64,000 nt of DNA from positions 19,034,001-19,098,000 of the forward strand of contig OZ210885.1 of assembly GCA_964658305.1 (NCBI GenBank), in the 5' to 3' direction. Every line of letters begins with the position of its first letter. Within the stretch, counting starts at the first letter, position 1. Below, in pieces: positions 50,967-64,000 of this stretch. Position numbers and translations under genes: made by a program. The notes under the pieces are model-generated. The model was not told the origin of the DNA, ran no database searches, and worked only from the letters and a program-made list of their open reading frames with translations. This DNA is from Leptogorgia sarmentosa. Its lineage: Eukaryota.

Positions 50967-53900
50967 TAGACCCATACTGGAAAAAGCCTCTAAAAAAAGT
51001 TCTAGCGGCAAACTGGAGGAAAAGTTGGTAAACAAGCTATTCCCCATAATCTTTGGCTATTCAATGAGGCTATTTAACGAGGCTATTTAATGATTCTTCT
51101 ATTTTTGTTGGTCATTGTTAAACAAATCGAACAAACTAATTGCCAGCGCTTTCTAAACAGATATTTTAGTATAACTGCTATATTATTTATCATAGTTAAT
51201 TAATTAATTAATCAATTAATTAATTAATTAATCAATTTATTAGCATGATTAACATAATTCGCACGTTTCCTGCAAAAGATGCTTATCCAAATTTGTTACT
51301 TTGTGGTTTCTGGTTCGAACGAAAGCATACAAAAAGTGTCTTCCAAGTGTCTTCCTTATCAAACATATATTTTGTCTTAAAAAGGGAATAATTATCAAGT
51401 GAACACTAATCAGCATAATTTTACGAAGACGAAGCTATATTCACTATTTTTTAACGGCAATGAAAAATAAGTTCTGTTCAAATATTAGCGTGAGAAAAGA
51501 CTTATCTCTATTTTTCACTTGTCTAGATACTGTCTAGGCATTGTCTAGATACTGTCTAGACAGTGTGTAGACACTATCTAAACACTATATAGACTAGCCT
51601 CAAACTCAATAACAATGTTTCAAGGGAATTAACATTCGTAGTGTAAAATGTACTGGATGATGACAGCGACAATAGTGTAGAATAAGTATTGAAATTATGG
51701 AAGAACTTGTTAGTTTAAAGCGATCCAAACCTGGTCCTTCCTATTGCGACTGTATTATCTGTCAGGAATCTAAGCGAGATGTTCTTTACAGTGCAACAAC
51801 ACAAGGCTTGCTTTCACTAAAAGTGTCTGCCGAAGAAAAACGGAAATTACGAGATATTAAAAGCACAGATACGATCGACAGGATTTTAAATGCAATGGAG
51901 GGTGACATGCAGAATGAATTTCACTGGCATAAGAGCTGTTTTGCAGTTTTCACTGATAAAGGTAAAATACATAGATTAAAAATGTCTCAAAAACCTACTG
52001 CTGCCTCAGTAGAGGCAGCGACTGTGTCAGGCCTGCGAAGCAATACTTCAACGACTGACTGGGAGTTATGCCTTTTCTGTCAGCAAAAACAATCCAATAA
52101 AGAAACATTGTGCTCCATTACGACCTTTAACGTGAGTAAGCAGATAATTAATGGTGCAAAATGCGATCACAGTCTTTTCGTGCATGTTGCAGGGGTTAAC
52201 AATTTGATTGCAGCTGAAGGAAAGTACGATCCAAATTGTTACAAAAAATTCCTTCGAAATGCATCACGCTCGAAAGTAGAGGGTGCTGATGAGAAGGGCG
52301 TTTTACTGGCATGGATTGTTAACGACTTAAAAAAGTCCGCCGAAAAGGGACATGTTTTGGAACTTAAAGAGGTGTTTTCTCGCTACTGCGCTCTTGCCAC
52401 TGAGCAAAATATTGAAGTACCGCCCTCTTTTCTAAGTCGTATGTCCACCTTTAAAGAATACCTCCAACCACATTTAGTTGACTTATACGATTTCTTTAAG
52501 CTTCGAAATGTGGATATCAATGAGCGGCAAATTGTGCTTGTGCCAAATAATTTTTTGCATATCCCAGTATCGCAATTACTGAATAATAATGGCGACACTG
52601 ACGATGATGAGCATTCCATACCTGTATATATGCCTCAAGAGCAAGATGATTTCTTGTCGATGGTGCACGTTGCACTTAAACTGCGCTCAGATGTACTGGC
52701 ACACCCTTCACACAAAGGCATTAACGTTTCTAAGGAGGGTGCTATTGCCTGCATTCCAGATAGTGTATACATGTTTGTAAGACTTTTGCTTGGTGGACAG
52801 TCGCTGCTTGAAACAGCGTTCGAGAGTGGGAGTACCGAAGGCGAAGATGACGGAACAGATGACGAAGTCGACCTTTCTGACGATGAAGTTGTGGACAACA
52901 CTGAGCCGGTCGAGACAGAGGATAAGCAATCAGAAGCGCGCCATAATAAACGTGATCAGCACGTTGAAACCAGAGTACTGAGTGTTGCTCAGGATATAGT
53001 GTACACGGTGAGTGGAGGAAGGAAGTGGACGCCCAAACACATTGGACTTGGCGCAAGCTTACATCAGGCGACGCGGTCTAGGAAACTGGTGGAGTTGTTT
53101 CATAATGCAGGCCATATTATTAGCTACAAGGTTATTCTCCGCGTCGATACTGCCCTCGCCACGCACACTCTATCATCAATGGACGCTGACTCTGGATCTG
53201 TCATCCCAACCAACCTTGCTGAGGGACGCTTTATTCATTTTTCTGCTGACAACATTGACATAAATGAGGGAACGCTTGATGGCCAAAATACGTTCCATGC
53301 AACCCAGTACGCAGCCTGGCAAAGAGGCCCGGAGTCAGTTGATCTTCTTGAAAATATCTATCCCACTACGGAAACCACTCTTAGAGTTCCAGAGGAGATG
53401 AACATGATCTTGCCTGCTTATATTCGGGAAGGAAGCGCCGAGCCGGAGTTTAAGGACCCTGTTCAAGAAGAATGGTTTAAAAAGGAGGCTAATGATTGTT
53501 CTGCAGCGGTAAAAGCAAAAGCAGCAGACATGGCATTTCACATGATCAGGCAATATCATGATCCAAAACCTGGGTGGACAACGTTCAACGAGGAACACTC
53601 GGAAACAGACCCGGAGGTAAGCACGGTCGGATACATGCCAATTATTTTAGCTCCGGCTCATGATGTAAACACTTTAAATACCGTCGTTAGAAGAATCACT
53701 CAAGTTGCCAAGTCGTTTAGTCAGAGGTACATTGTGGTAACAGTTGATCAAGCTTTGTTCCCGCTACTTATGGAACTGAAATGGGCTGTTCCAGAATATC
53801 GAGACACTCTTATTCCACGGCTAGGAGGTCTTCATATTTCAATGAACTTTCTTAAAGTTCTAGGTCAGCATATGCAAGAATCTGGACTATCAGAAATCTG

Positions 53901-56900
53901 GGTAGAGAGCGCACTTTTGGGTCCCCGAACTGTCGAACGCGTACTGGAGGGGAAAGAATATAGTAAGGGTGTTAGAGCTCACAAAGTTACTCTTCAAGCG
54001 ATATGGCAAATTCTTTTGCCGCAATTACTGGTATACATCGGAGAATGTGACAAGGATCTGAAAGAAAGTCTTGATAAGTTTGCGCAATCTCATGCTCCTG
54101 GGGATTTTGAGAGAATGTGCGATTTGTTGTCGTCTGATTGCTATAGTGCTCTTTTGTCGTCCTTCGTTGCCGCTAAAAAAGAAAGCAACCCTAGTTTCCA
54201 ATTTTGGTGGCAGTACACCGAGATGGTTTGTATCATCCTTCGTTTTACCAGAGCTCTGAGAGAGGGCCAGTGGGACTTACATCTGTATGCCTTTCAAGAA
54301 ATGCTACCATTCTTCCATCGGTATGACCATACTAACTATGCAAGATGGGGTCCTGTTTACCTTGCGCAGATGAAGCAGTTGCCAGCTGAAGTACAAGCAG
54401 AATTTGAGTGTGGTAACTGGGTAGTTAAGGGGTCATCGCGAAAGTTTAACCAAGTAGATCCAGATCAAGCTCAAGAATGGCTAAATGGCACTGGTAAGCG
54501 AGGCGGGGGGATTGTGGGCATAACAAGGACACCATCAGCACTATTTAGATGGACCCTTTCGTACAGTCTTCGTGCTCTGATTGGGGCAGAAACAAGGAAA
54601 ATGTACGATCTTGACAACGATGATCATATGACGTATAACGAGTCTAAGCCATCACGAAAGCGAAGAGATGGGGAAGATGAGAAGAAAGTAAAAGAGTTCA
54701 TGCAAGAGTCAAAGGTCTTCGATGTCAGGCAACAGGAAGCAGTCCTTGATAAGCTGCAAAATATAGTTACAAAAGATGTCGCAACAGCTGAGATACAAGA
54801 GTCTCTGCTCAACGCACCTGGTCTTGGCAGGGAGAAGTTGCTCACATTTGTCAAAGAGAGGCTTGTGCTTCAAAGCGACGGAACTGAAACGAAGAATCTC
54901 AGGGATCCCTTGCCCAAAAATAAAGTGCCCACGTTTGCGACTCTTCGAGAAGTAGAAACGAAAGTTAGATGTGACAAGTCAGCTACCGTAGTTAGAGCTG
55001 AGAAGAATGTCCTGCAGCGCATTATTACTGCCTTTGACGCAGGAAGGAAAATAGACTTGCTGGAAATACTCAGCCATGAGTTGACAAACGTTCCTGTATC
55101 TGTTGTTGATAAGTACGGTTGTTTGCGAAGCGGAAATAAGTCTCTCCTCTCTCAGGTACTTTCCGGTGGTTTAGAAAGACCACATGTTGCAACGCCCACA
55201 ACGGGTTATTCGTAAATTGTAATCGATGGACAGGCTCTCGTTATGTCTCTTGGACAACCATCAGACTGCAGTACATTTGGGGAGTATGCTGGGAAGTTTG
55301 TGAGAGCCGTACTTAGATATGCCAAGGACTTTCACAGAGCAGATATTACATTTGACAGATACCGCAAAATCTCTATCAAGAACGTGACAAGAAAGAAGCA
55401 AGCAAAAGGATGCTCACCCATTCGACATGCTATCGAAGATGGCTCTGTTCTGCTACCTAGGAACTGGTCGAACTTTCTAGCTCTTGGTGAGAATAAAGCC
55501 GATCTTGCACGCTTCTGTCGGAAGAGCTATTACAACGATCTCCAGATGACAAGACCATCATAGTCGCCGGTGGCTTTCAAGAGGAAAATGTTGCCAAGTG
55601 CTCCCGGGTCAATGTAGACACCACTCCACTTCAGGGGAGGCATGAAGAAGCGGATACGCGTATGATCCTCCACTGTGTAAATTCAAGTGCAGAATTCGTT
55701 GTTGTGTGTAGTAACGACACAGATGTATTAGTGCTCTTAATTGCGCATTTTGATAAGATGAGATGCAAGCAATTATGGATGAGAGCAGGAACCAGCAAGA
55801 AGCCCAAGTACATTCCTGTACACACCGTGCGTGAATCATTGAAGCCAGTGGTTCCAAATATCGAGACCATCCTCTCTTTTCATGCAGTCACAGGCTGCGA
55901 CACTGTCTCATTCTTCGCTGGCCACAGCAAGAAAACGGCATGGAAAACTTTCTTGGCGCAGCCTGGACTTCTTGATAGCCTTGGCAGCGCTGAACTGAAT
56001 GACACAAGCATAACCTCTGCAGAGAAGTTTATATGCCATGTCTACGGGAGTGACGAAGAGAGCTGCAATCGAGCGCAAGTTACTCTGTTTTCTAAGTGTC
56101 GGGCATCTGAGGCTTTACCACCCACGAGTGATGCTGCTGAATTTCACATCAGAAGAGCACATTACCAAAGCCTGGTTTGGGGGCAGGCGCACTTAGCAAA
56201 TCCAGCTCTACCACCTATAGAGCAAATGGGATGGAACATAGTCAATGGCATCGTGGAGCCTAAGTTGATGTCTCGCGCTCCTATCCCACAAAGCTGTGCT
56301 GTGATGGTTAGCTGTGGGTGCAAGTCCGGATGTAAGACAAACAGGTGCAGCTGTCGCACTGCTGGGCTACCGTGTACAGGGGTTTGTAAATGTGAAGGCA
56401 ATATGGATAAGCCATGCCAGAATATGGGCATTGCAAATCAGGAATCTAATGTGAGGCAAGTAGTAGAGTAACTTTGCACATTTTTCATTTCATTTATTCC
56501 TAAACACTTAAAAATTAAACATCACATTAGCTAAAGCTGGATGGAACCGGGGTTTTTTTCAGTGATCTTGCAGTTGAGGACACTGGTGAACAAGCCCGAT
56601 GAAGGCGTGTTCCGTTAAGGATGCTGATGAAACTCAAGAGGAAAGGGAGTAATTTTAAACTTATCAGTTACTGCAAGAACTAGAAAAAATATTAGTTCGT
56701 TTATAGAAAAAACACTTGTTGGTGTATTGTTGGTGTTGAACATAATGTCAGAATTTAGACTCAGTCCATAAAATATGTTAATCAATTAACTAATTAATTA
56801 ATTAACTATGATAAATAATATAGCAGTTATACTAAAATATCTGTTTAGAAAGTGCTGGCAATTAGTTTGTTCGATTTGTTTAACAATGACCAACAAAAAT

Positions 56901-57087
56901 AGAAGGATCATTAAATAGCCTCGATTTAATGTTAATTAGCTAATTAACGGGCTTAAAACGCAAATTCACGCATGGTAAACAAGATATTCGTAATCAGCAC
57001 CCAAAGATTATGGGGAATAGTTTGTTTACCAACTTTTCCTCCAGTTTGCCGCTAGAAGTTTTTTTAGAGGCTACGGGTCCTAGTCTA
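50967..57087 (+). mobile_element. Academ transposon #3, full length (6.1 kb), 3-bp TSD TTT
   Basis: TTT(50964-50966)|TAGAC... and ...TAGTCTA|TTT(57088-57090). Imperfect ~300-bp TIRs, e.g. AGCCTCTAAAAAAAGTTCTAGCGGCAAACTGGAGG and its reverse complement at 57038-57072. Confidence 0.88.
51697..56471 (+). pseudogene. Intronless Academ transposase - XPG-like nuclease - Cys8/CXC domain (about 1590 aa); one stop at 55213-55215 and one frameshift near 55515
   Basis: SADNID, TVDQAL, LGGLH, NYARWG, DQAQEW; IDGQA, HEEADTR, DTDV, TGCD, LPPT; CGCKSGCKTNRCSCRTAGLPCTGVCKC. Confidence 0.9.
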
Positions 57088-57679
57088 TTTAGACTTAAAA
57101 CAATTACGGGCTAAATGTCCAGGTTTCTGACAGTTATAACATACTTTAGGTGACAACGAGCATTTCCAACCGTCTTTGAAGAAATGCGAATTTCTTCTCT
57201 AAAAAGCAATGTTTGATCAAATTAACTACACAGCAATTCTTGGGGTACTTAGGTCTATCATTCCTGGAAATATGATAAAAAGATGTTGAACTGACATAAA
57301 TAAATTTCTCTATACACTCATTCAGACTCTCTTCATTGCCTTCATACGTGGCGAAACAGTAACCATCAGAAAATGCTACGTTATTAAATTTAGTTTTAAG
57401 AAATTTGCTTTCTCTTTCTTCTATGGAATCATTGCCCTCGGCCCTATTTACAAATTCCGCGAATTATAATTAAATATCTGAACTAATTATAATTAAATAT
57501 CTGAACAAATTTGCATATTTTATAAGACATTGTACCCGTTCTTCAGGCAAGACTAATTCACACCTTTGCCTTTTGCAATATGCAATTTACTGCAGATTGC
57601 ACTTGAGTGTTTAATAACATCATGATTTTGCGTTTCTTGCATGTGTTGTCAAGTGAAATTTACAATGTTGCTAATAAAT

Positions 57680-58601
57680 ATGGCGCCAAATTGGGAAGGT
57701 GTGGTTTCAAGCTTACAAATAAATTATAAAGCATGTGTTGAACGATTGAACAGTGCATGTTTATTGCCAAGTAAGTTCGCAGTTCATTGCAACTATCACA
57801 GTTTTTGCGATAACCTGAGTGAAATACGAGTGGAATACAATTACTACAACAAGAATCATGTTACGCCAATATTTATTACAAGTGATGATTTATTATCCTT
57901 GACATTCAACGAATTTTATGGACTGGTATTGAAGTAAATATCTTCTGAAGTTGTGACGCTCAGAATGACTGTTGTGGATGAAGGCGACAAGGTTGATATT
58001 TCTGCAAAATACTTCACATCACAGATTCATTCTGTCTTAAGTAAAGGAATGAAAATAATTTGTGTTTGTGTTCCTGTTGTCGAATCACCAGTCCCGGTGT
58101 CTACGTAGACATCTGTGGGCAAATTGTGTAAATCGAAAAAACAAGCCCCTGAAAGCCAAAGGAGCCTGAATTCACAAAATACCACTACCATTACAGGCAA
58201 TACATCTAATAGTCCTAAGGCATCATCAGATTTCAGTAATAAATACAACAACAGAGTCATCTCCTTTGAGATGAATAGAACAGTATATGAAAAAACAGTC
58301 TGACGTTTTGCAATCTTGTCCAGATGAGTTATCAAGTAAAACAAAATAACTCACTGATATGGATTCCAAATTACAGCAAGCATGCCACCAGAACCAAGGG
58401 CATTTAAATGCATGTGGGAACTGTCATATCGAACTCAGACATACTCAAAAAGCATGCGAATTTAGTCCCTGTCGGTCTGCCTATTCCTGTGGGAAGTTGT
58501 TGATGCATAATGACCAGAAGTCGAAGAGGGCAACCCTAGTGAAAAATATCTCGCAAATTCTACACAAATTAACAGCTGGAAACAGAGATGTTTACAGCTA
58601 G
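57680..58601 (+). pseudogene. Degenerate unidentified ORF with a Cys/His cluster
   Basis: ORFs 57641-57937 and 58115-58303 share a frame, separated by single stops; 58359-58601 has CGNCH-x4-H-x4-C-x4-C-x5-CG-x4-H. Confidence 0.35.
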
Positions 58602-59994
58602 AATGGCTGTCGAAAAAATACAAAATTCGTCCCAAAAAATCGAAGAAGTACTCATAGAGGAATGACCGGAAAGATATACGTAGTTAACATACTTCGACAT
58701 TAGTTGCAATTAAATAAAGATCTTGCTTTATTGCAAAGCAAGCTCATTCATTAAACATTCGAAAATTTATAAGTGTAGAGTAGATATAGTATACAGAGCA
58801 TCGTACATTTGATAAGGAAACGGAATAAAATATTCATACGAATCGCTTTATTTTGTTGTGCACAGAAGGATCCATAAAAACTAGTGTATAGTGTTATTTA
58901 CGGCTAAAACTAGAGAAACACATGTACTCCAGTACAAATAGCCACTTCGTTTTTCAAAATATACTAAAGTTATAGTTGCTCGAGAGTTTGTTGTTGTTTT
59001 CGGTTCCTTTGTGGCTGCTCTGGTTTTTTGTCTTTCCAACGCTAGTTAGTATAACCTCAAATAATATAAATACCAAATAATTTTCAGCCTGTGACACCAC
59101 AATATATCTATCTAAAAATTCAATTTCGTATTCGTAAATTGTTCAAACATTAAATAGGCAATAGGTAATATACTCATAAGAGTGTTTTAATAGAGATTAT
59201 TTGGGAATAAACTTTAAACTATTATAATTGTAAATATTGTATATAGAATTGTAAATAATTTTTAGTATTTAATACTGTTATATTAAGTCACAGAGTAAGA
59301 ATAACAGAGAGGAAACTCTCGACAAATTGTGTCACGCTGTCTTTATGCGCATGCGTGACTTCCCAGCCAGTTCCAAAAAAAAATTAATATGAAAAACACG
59401 CGAATTTCGGGATTTTTGTCATAAAAACAGCGATTTTAACGAAACCATCTGAACAATTTGCCTGTTTCGTATAAATTTACGAAAATGCATTGGACTGAAG
59501 CTTTTGACAAACGAATGGGCTTATGAGGACTGTTTGGTCGCACGAAAAGCGAAGAAACGTAGTTAAAGGAGTGATGTTCATATAAAGTTCTATATAAAAT
59601 TCTCGAACTTCATCACTTACGAACTGAAGGTTGTCCAAAATCTCGTCGTTTCTTTTACAACCATTTTTGCAATCTTAGTATATTTATGTTGAGTATATTT
59701 GCTCATTTTATTTTAGGCAATGGATGGAGTTTTGAATGCACCTTTGCAACCCTATTTTACTGTACCCTATTAACCAGTATTCAGAGTATTCAGTAATTTT
59801 TCCCTTATTTTTTTCTAGATGACAGCAGTGTTCATTAGAACTTCATTCTTGGGGGGTGAAAACATTTATTCAAATAAGAGAGATATTTATTCAAAGAAAA
59901 CCTTGTTTACTATAGGATTAGTATAATTGTAGTTATTATGTTTCTCTTATGGTTGGTTACACCTTTAAAATCAACAGTTAAATTTTTCCTTATA

Positions 59995-62900
59995 TAGTCT
60001 AGTGGCTTAGCAGCAAAAAATGGCCTGATCGTTACAAATGTGACAAAAGCACCAAATTTGGCAAAGTTTCTTTAGGGGATACCTATTAAAATTAGCCTAG
60101 GTGCCCATCTTAATAGTCTTTGGTTTGTCTATTACAGGCGCTAATTTAAAAATGGCAAATTTTCTGGAGGCCTGGTTGCTAAGCTAAAATATAAATTCGT
60201 TTTTCCTGTATTTTTCAACAGTAAATATCATTTTTTTCTAGAAAGGTGTTCAAAACCACTAATATGATACAACAGGATTGTTAATATTTTTAAAAATTTT
60301 AAAAATATTGAAAATATGTACAATACACTTCAACTTCTCAAACCTCATAATGACCTCCGGACACGCATTCAAGGTAATTTTCCAGTACAATGGCATTTGC
60401 ACAAAGATGTGCAGTCCAGGTTTGCACGTACACACTTGCATCGGGAGCATTTTCCTTTGCACGAACAGCTAATAAATTCTTGACACGCTTTTGAGACTTC
60501 CGGCAATGTCATCCATTTTGGAGTCCAGACTTGATCTTTGTCCCAGCCAAAATCGTCAGGTGAGGGCAGAACAGGCATTGGTTGGTCACTTGTGGCCCAA
60601 ATTCCGGCTTAATAAATGGCTCTGAGAACATGCTGGAGTAAAGCATCCTAAATAAGAGTGCAAACAATATATTTCACAATGATACATAGACAGTATAGTA
60701 TCAATGATATTGTTTTATTAATTTTCTGAGCTAACTCACCTGTGTGGGAGGAAGTCGTTCTATTGCCTTTACTGATGTGCAGAAAAGTGCCATCCTAGCA
60801 TCGTTTACTGATTGAAGAGGAGAGGTTTTATCATACATGAGTATAACAAACCTTTCGATCATTGAAAAGATATCAGAACTGAGGGTTAGCTTCTGAAATG
60901 GCTCTTTAGCCAAAGCTTCTAGTGATTGATTTAAACCTGGGAAGATATTCCATGTATTCCATGCCGACAGCTTGCTTTTGCCAAAAAAACCAGATGTGGT
61001 ATCCCAGCCAGTTAAAGCGTGAAATACTGGAAGCGATCGTGATTTGCTTTCTCCAAGGTGGTTGCAAATGCTGTTGATATGCTTAAGTGAAAAATGTCGC
61101 CCCATTCCAAACGCTACCCAGATATCTGTTTCAGGATAGCTTGCAAGGATATCATGAACTTTGCCGATAAGGATAACTATTACATCAGTGTCCACTGTCC
61201 TTACTTGAACGGACTTAGCGTTGTCTGAACTGACAGCGTGTAGAAGGTGGACCACGATTCTGGAATCGGCCTCTTCATGATTGCATTCAGACATTGGACT
61301 GTTTGAGCCAAAGCATACAACTGATGATCCTGAAAAAATACCAATAAAAAACACTATTGTTACAAAACTTAGGCAAAAATAAAGAATACAGTGTAGTCAT
61401 GATATAGTTCTTATTACCCGAAGTAATAGTAACAATAGACTCAGTAGGCCAGGCGTATGTTTGGACTTTGGAGGTCGAGAAGGCAAAGAGCTCCGACTTA
61501 TTTATGGGATCCCGAAGAAACTCAGACCATTTTGGCGGGAGTTTTGTCTTCTTCTAATTCCTTTTCCTCTCTTCTCGCGCGTTGACTCCTTCAAACTTTC
61601 AGGGCGGTAGTCATCCCATACTATATCGACTCTCTTGCAGTCATTAAGTTGTTGTAGGATGTAAGGTATAAATACTCCAACTGCATAATTATCAAATGTA
61701 GAAGCATTTGTTGTAGGCAAGCTGTGTACGATCACTGCTCCATCTAAAATCTTGCAGTCGAAGTGGTTAGGTATAGTAGCTTCCCCAGATTGTGGCAAGC
61801 ATTTAAGTAGATCGGATTTGGAACTAGGTAGGCGGAGTCTTCCATATTCAGATATAGATGGTGGGTATTTATGAACCTCATGTGAGAAAAAATCTCTGAT
61901 ATCTCCTTGTCGGGTCTGCAGGGCTATGTACAATTGTGATAAAATCGAAACATCATTTTTCAGGGCAGCTATTTGTTTTCCTTGCTTCGATGGGTTGCTG
62001 TTACGTGGTTGCTTAAACAAAGAAAGTTTGTTCTTCTTAATTGTGTCATTTATGGACTTGGTACGTTTAACAAGGACATCTTCTACAAAAGCTTCGTACT
62101 GTTGCTTTCCTGTCTTCTCGAGGTTGCACAATGACTCGGCTACAGATGGATCTGCGCAGTCACGACTATCAGCAGCCACCAACTCTGGAAAATCATCCAG
62201 AAATGGATTTTTCTCTATCATACCTGAAAGCAACAGGATTCTCAGTGAGGCCTACTGCGCCACCAGAACTCTTCACAATTTTGTTCTCCTGCTCGTGAGC
62301 CTGATCTAGTGGCATTGTTGAAAACTTGTGACTAGTTTTAGAAATAGCCCAGTGTCCATTCTCCTCAAACTCTCTTTTGATTGTGTCTGGCAGTGATCGC
62401 ATATCTCTTAGATGCACTGGCAGCCATCTGGCGTAATTGATGTGGTCTAAGGCAAAGAAAAGTGGTATCAGGTTATCCAAGACGTCGACATACAATTTGA
62501 AGTTTCGTTCTCTGTGGGCTCTCACAAACAACAATATCAGAGTCTGATAACGTAAGATCATGTTCCAAAACATGAAAGTTGGACTACTTTCCACCATCCT
62601 CTCTTCCCACGTGTGCATGCTTTCATCACTTTCACCACTTTCCAAGAAAGCTTCTTTAGATTGTGAAGAGCAAGTAGTGTAGTCTGATGGGCATGTCTGA
62701 AAAAATATGTCACAATGTTAGTTTGAAATTAAAGTATGTTGTCTAATTGAACAAAGTCATTGAAAATACCTGGTTCGTGTGAGGTGTGTCACTTTGAGAA
62801 AGGATTCTGCAGTACCACTCGAAGCTATGTTAGCCTCCACAAGAGCTGTGGTCCACCCTGAACATTCAAGTAAATCCCCAAGAGTGTTCCATAGTGCCAT

Positions 62901-64000
62901 TTCGATATGTAAGCCGCCAAACATGACCACGTACATATCTTCACCATGAGTTTCGGGCCATTTCCATTGCACCTGTTTTGCCAGTGCAAATAGAGGCTGG
63001 TCTAGTGCAATTACAGGAACCTGTCCAGGATTCAAGAAGGTTATTGCGTCCTTTAAAACAGTCATGCCGTGTTTTAACATTGCTGGAGAAGCTGCCTTTT
63101 CGTTAAAAAGGGGAAGAAGGGCGGTAACAGCCGGGTAAACCGTGGGAAGGGTGTCTCTGGACGAGTGGTATGATGACCAGGTCAAAGTGTCGTCAGAGTT
63201 CACACTTGGTTGGTTTAATTTGGTTAATGCATGCTCTACCCAACGATTTTCTTGTTCCAATTCCACGTTGACAACACTTTCCGTTGGCTCTACTACACGG
63301 TCTGGGATTATTGTGGTGTTGGCATTCATTTCTACTGGAAGAACTGTGGTATAAGAATCTGGTAGAGAGTGGCGTTCGTTACCTGAGGGTGGTATAGTTA
63401 GTTCTGGTCTATCCTGTCCTGGTTTCTCCTCTGATGGGAACTGAAAGATAGATATTCCCATTCCGTGGAATGATGATGTTGCTTTTGTCGACGAAGGGTT
63501 ATGGTCTAGGTTATCCAATGCGCCAACAGAAAAAATGCCATCCTTCAGACAGGCAGGTACAACGAGGCCATCTTCATTGAATCTCTCGCTGGCAGATGTG
63601 GCCAGTCAATCTTCAACCTGTAATACTCTATCATAGGACACACAGAGTCCCATTTGGTATAGCTTAGTTATGAGAGATTTGCTTCTTGTGGTCGTATGAA
63701 TATTCAATCCGATATACAATGGGAGAGGAGGCTCCCGCACGTGGCGCTTTGAACAGTAGATTTTGAGTTATTCTCCTTTTTCTTGGAATTAAACAGAATT
63801 GTTTGACTAATTGTTAAACATGATTGCGAGTCGTGTTTCTCTTGGTCCTTAAGGTTCGTCCCATTTATTATCATAGCGATAAGTGACTTTAAACTAGCTG
63901 GTACAGAATCTTCCTGGCATTTTGATGTAAAACTTCCAGAAAATTTAAATTGCTCTTCGTGGCAAAACATGTGCTGTCGGATAATGGAAGCAGCCTTTGC
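59995..64000 (-). mobile_element. Academ transposon #4 (intron-containing, runs off the window)
   Basis: Candidate terminus TAGTCTAGTGG at 59995. Minus-strand exons with LDNLDHN, ALDQPLF, FGGLH, NYARW, DQAHEQ, LDGA, HEEADSR, DTDV, LPPT and CSCKGKCSRCKC..CTSLCKC. GT-AG introns about 62770-62698, 61419-61330 and 60739-60648. Confidence 0.87.

Noticed and set aside
56570..56640. Hammerhead-like CCGATGA / CTGATGAAAC in the Academ #3 3' region
   Set aside because: No consistent stem II or UH cleavage triplet.
59563..59600. Possible Kolobok end TTAA|AGGAGTGATG
   Set aside because: No matching inverted partner found in the window.

Overview
Eukaryotic DNA with GT-AG spliceosomal introns, probably from a marine invertebrate such as a cnidarian (inferred from the element mix, not proven). 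I recognise no host gene: the window is an almost continuous nest of transposable elements. From left to right, a degenerate HERO/NeSL-like RLE LINE (9126-16929, minus) has three neighbours or insertions. (a) A TA-flanked Tc1/mariner-type MITE (40-9123) holds an 8.5-kb TAA-flanked Zator-like element with a spliced SAM-transposase-PHD gene, which in turn holds a Kolobok-type MITE with an inner foldback. (b) An IS3EU element (11507-16515) encodes a transposase and a convergent HECT E3-ligase-like protein. (c) An intron-containing Academ element starts at 16930. Next come a BEL/Pao retrotransposon fused tail-to-tail with a CRE-like LINE, which is split by a young RT-less Gypsy element with identical LTRs, and a 7.4-kb AAC/ACC/GAC satellite that continues a LINE 3' tail. 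The right part holds three more Academ elements, a Gypsy 3' half and a MULE-like fragment. Family names come from motif recognition only; no database searches were run.
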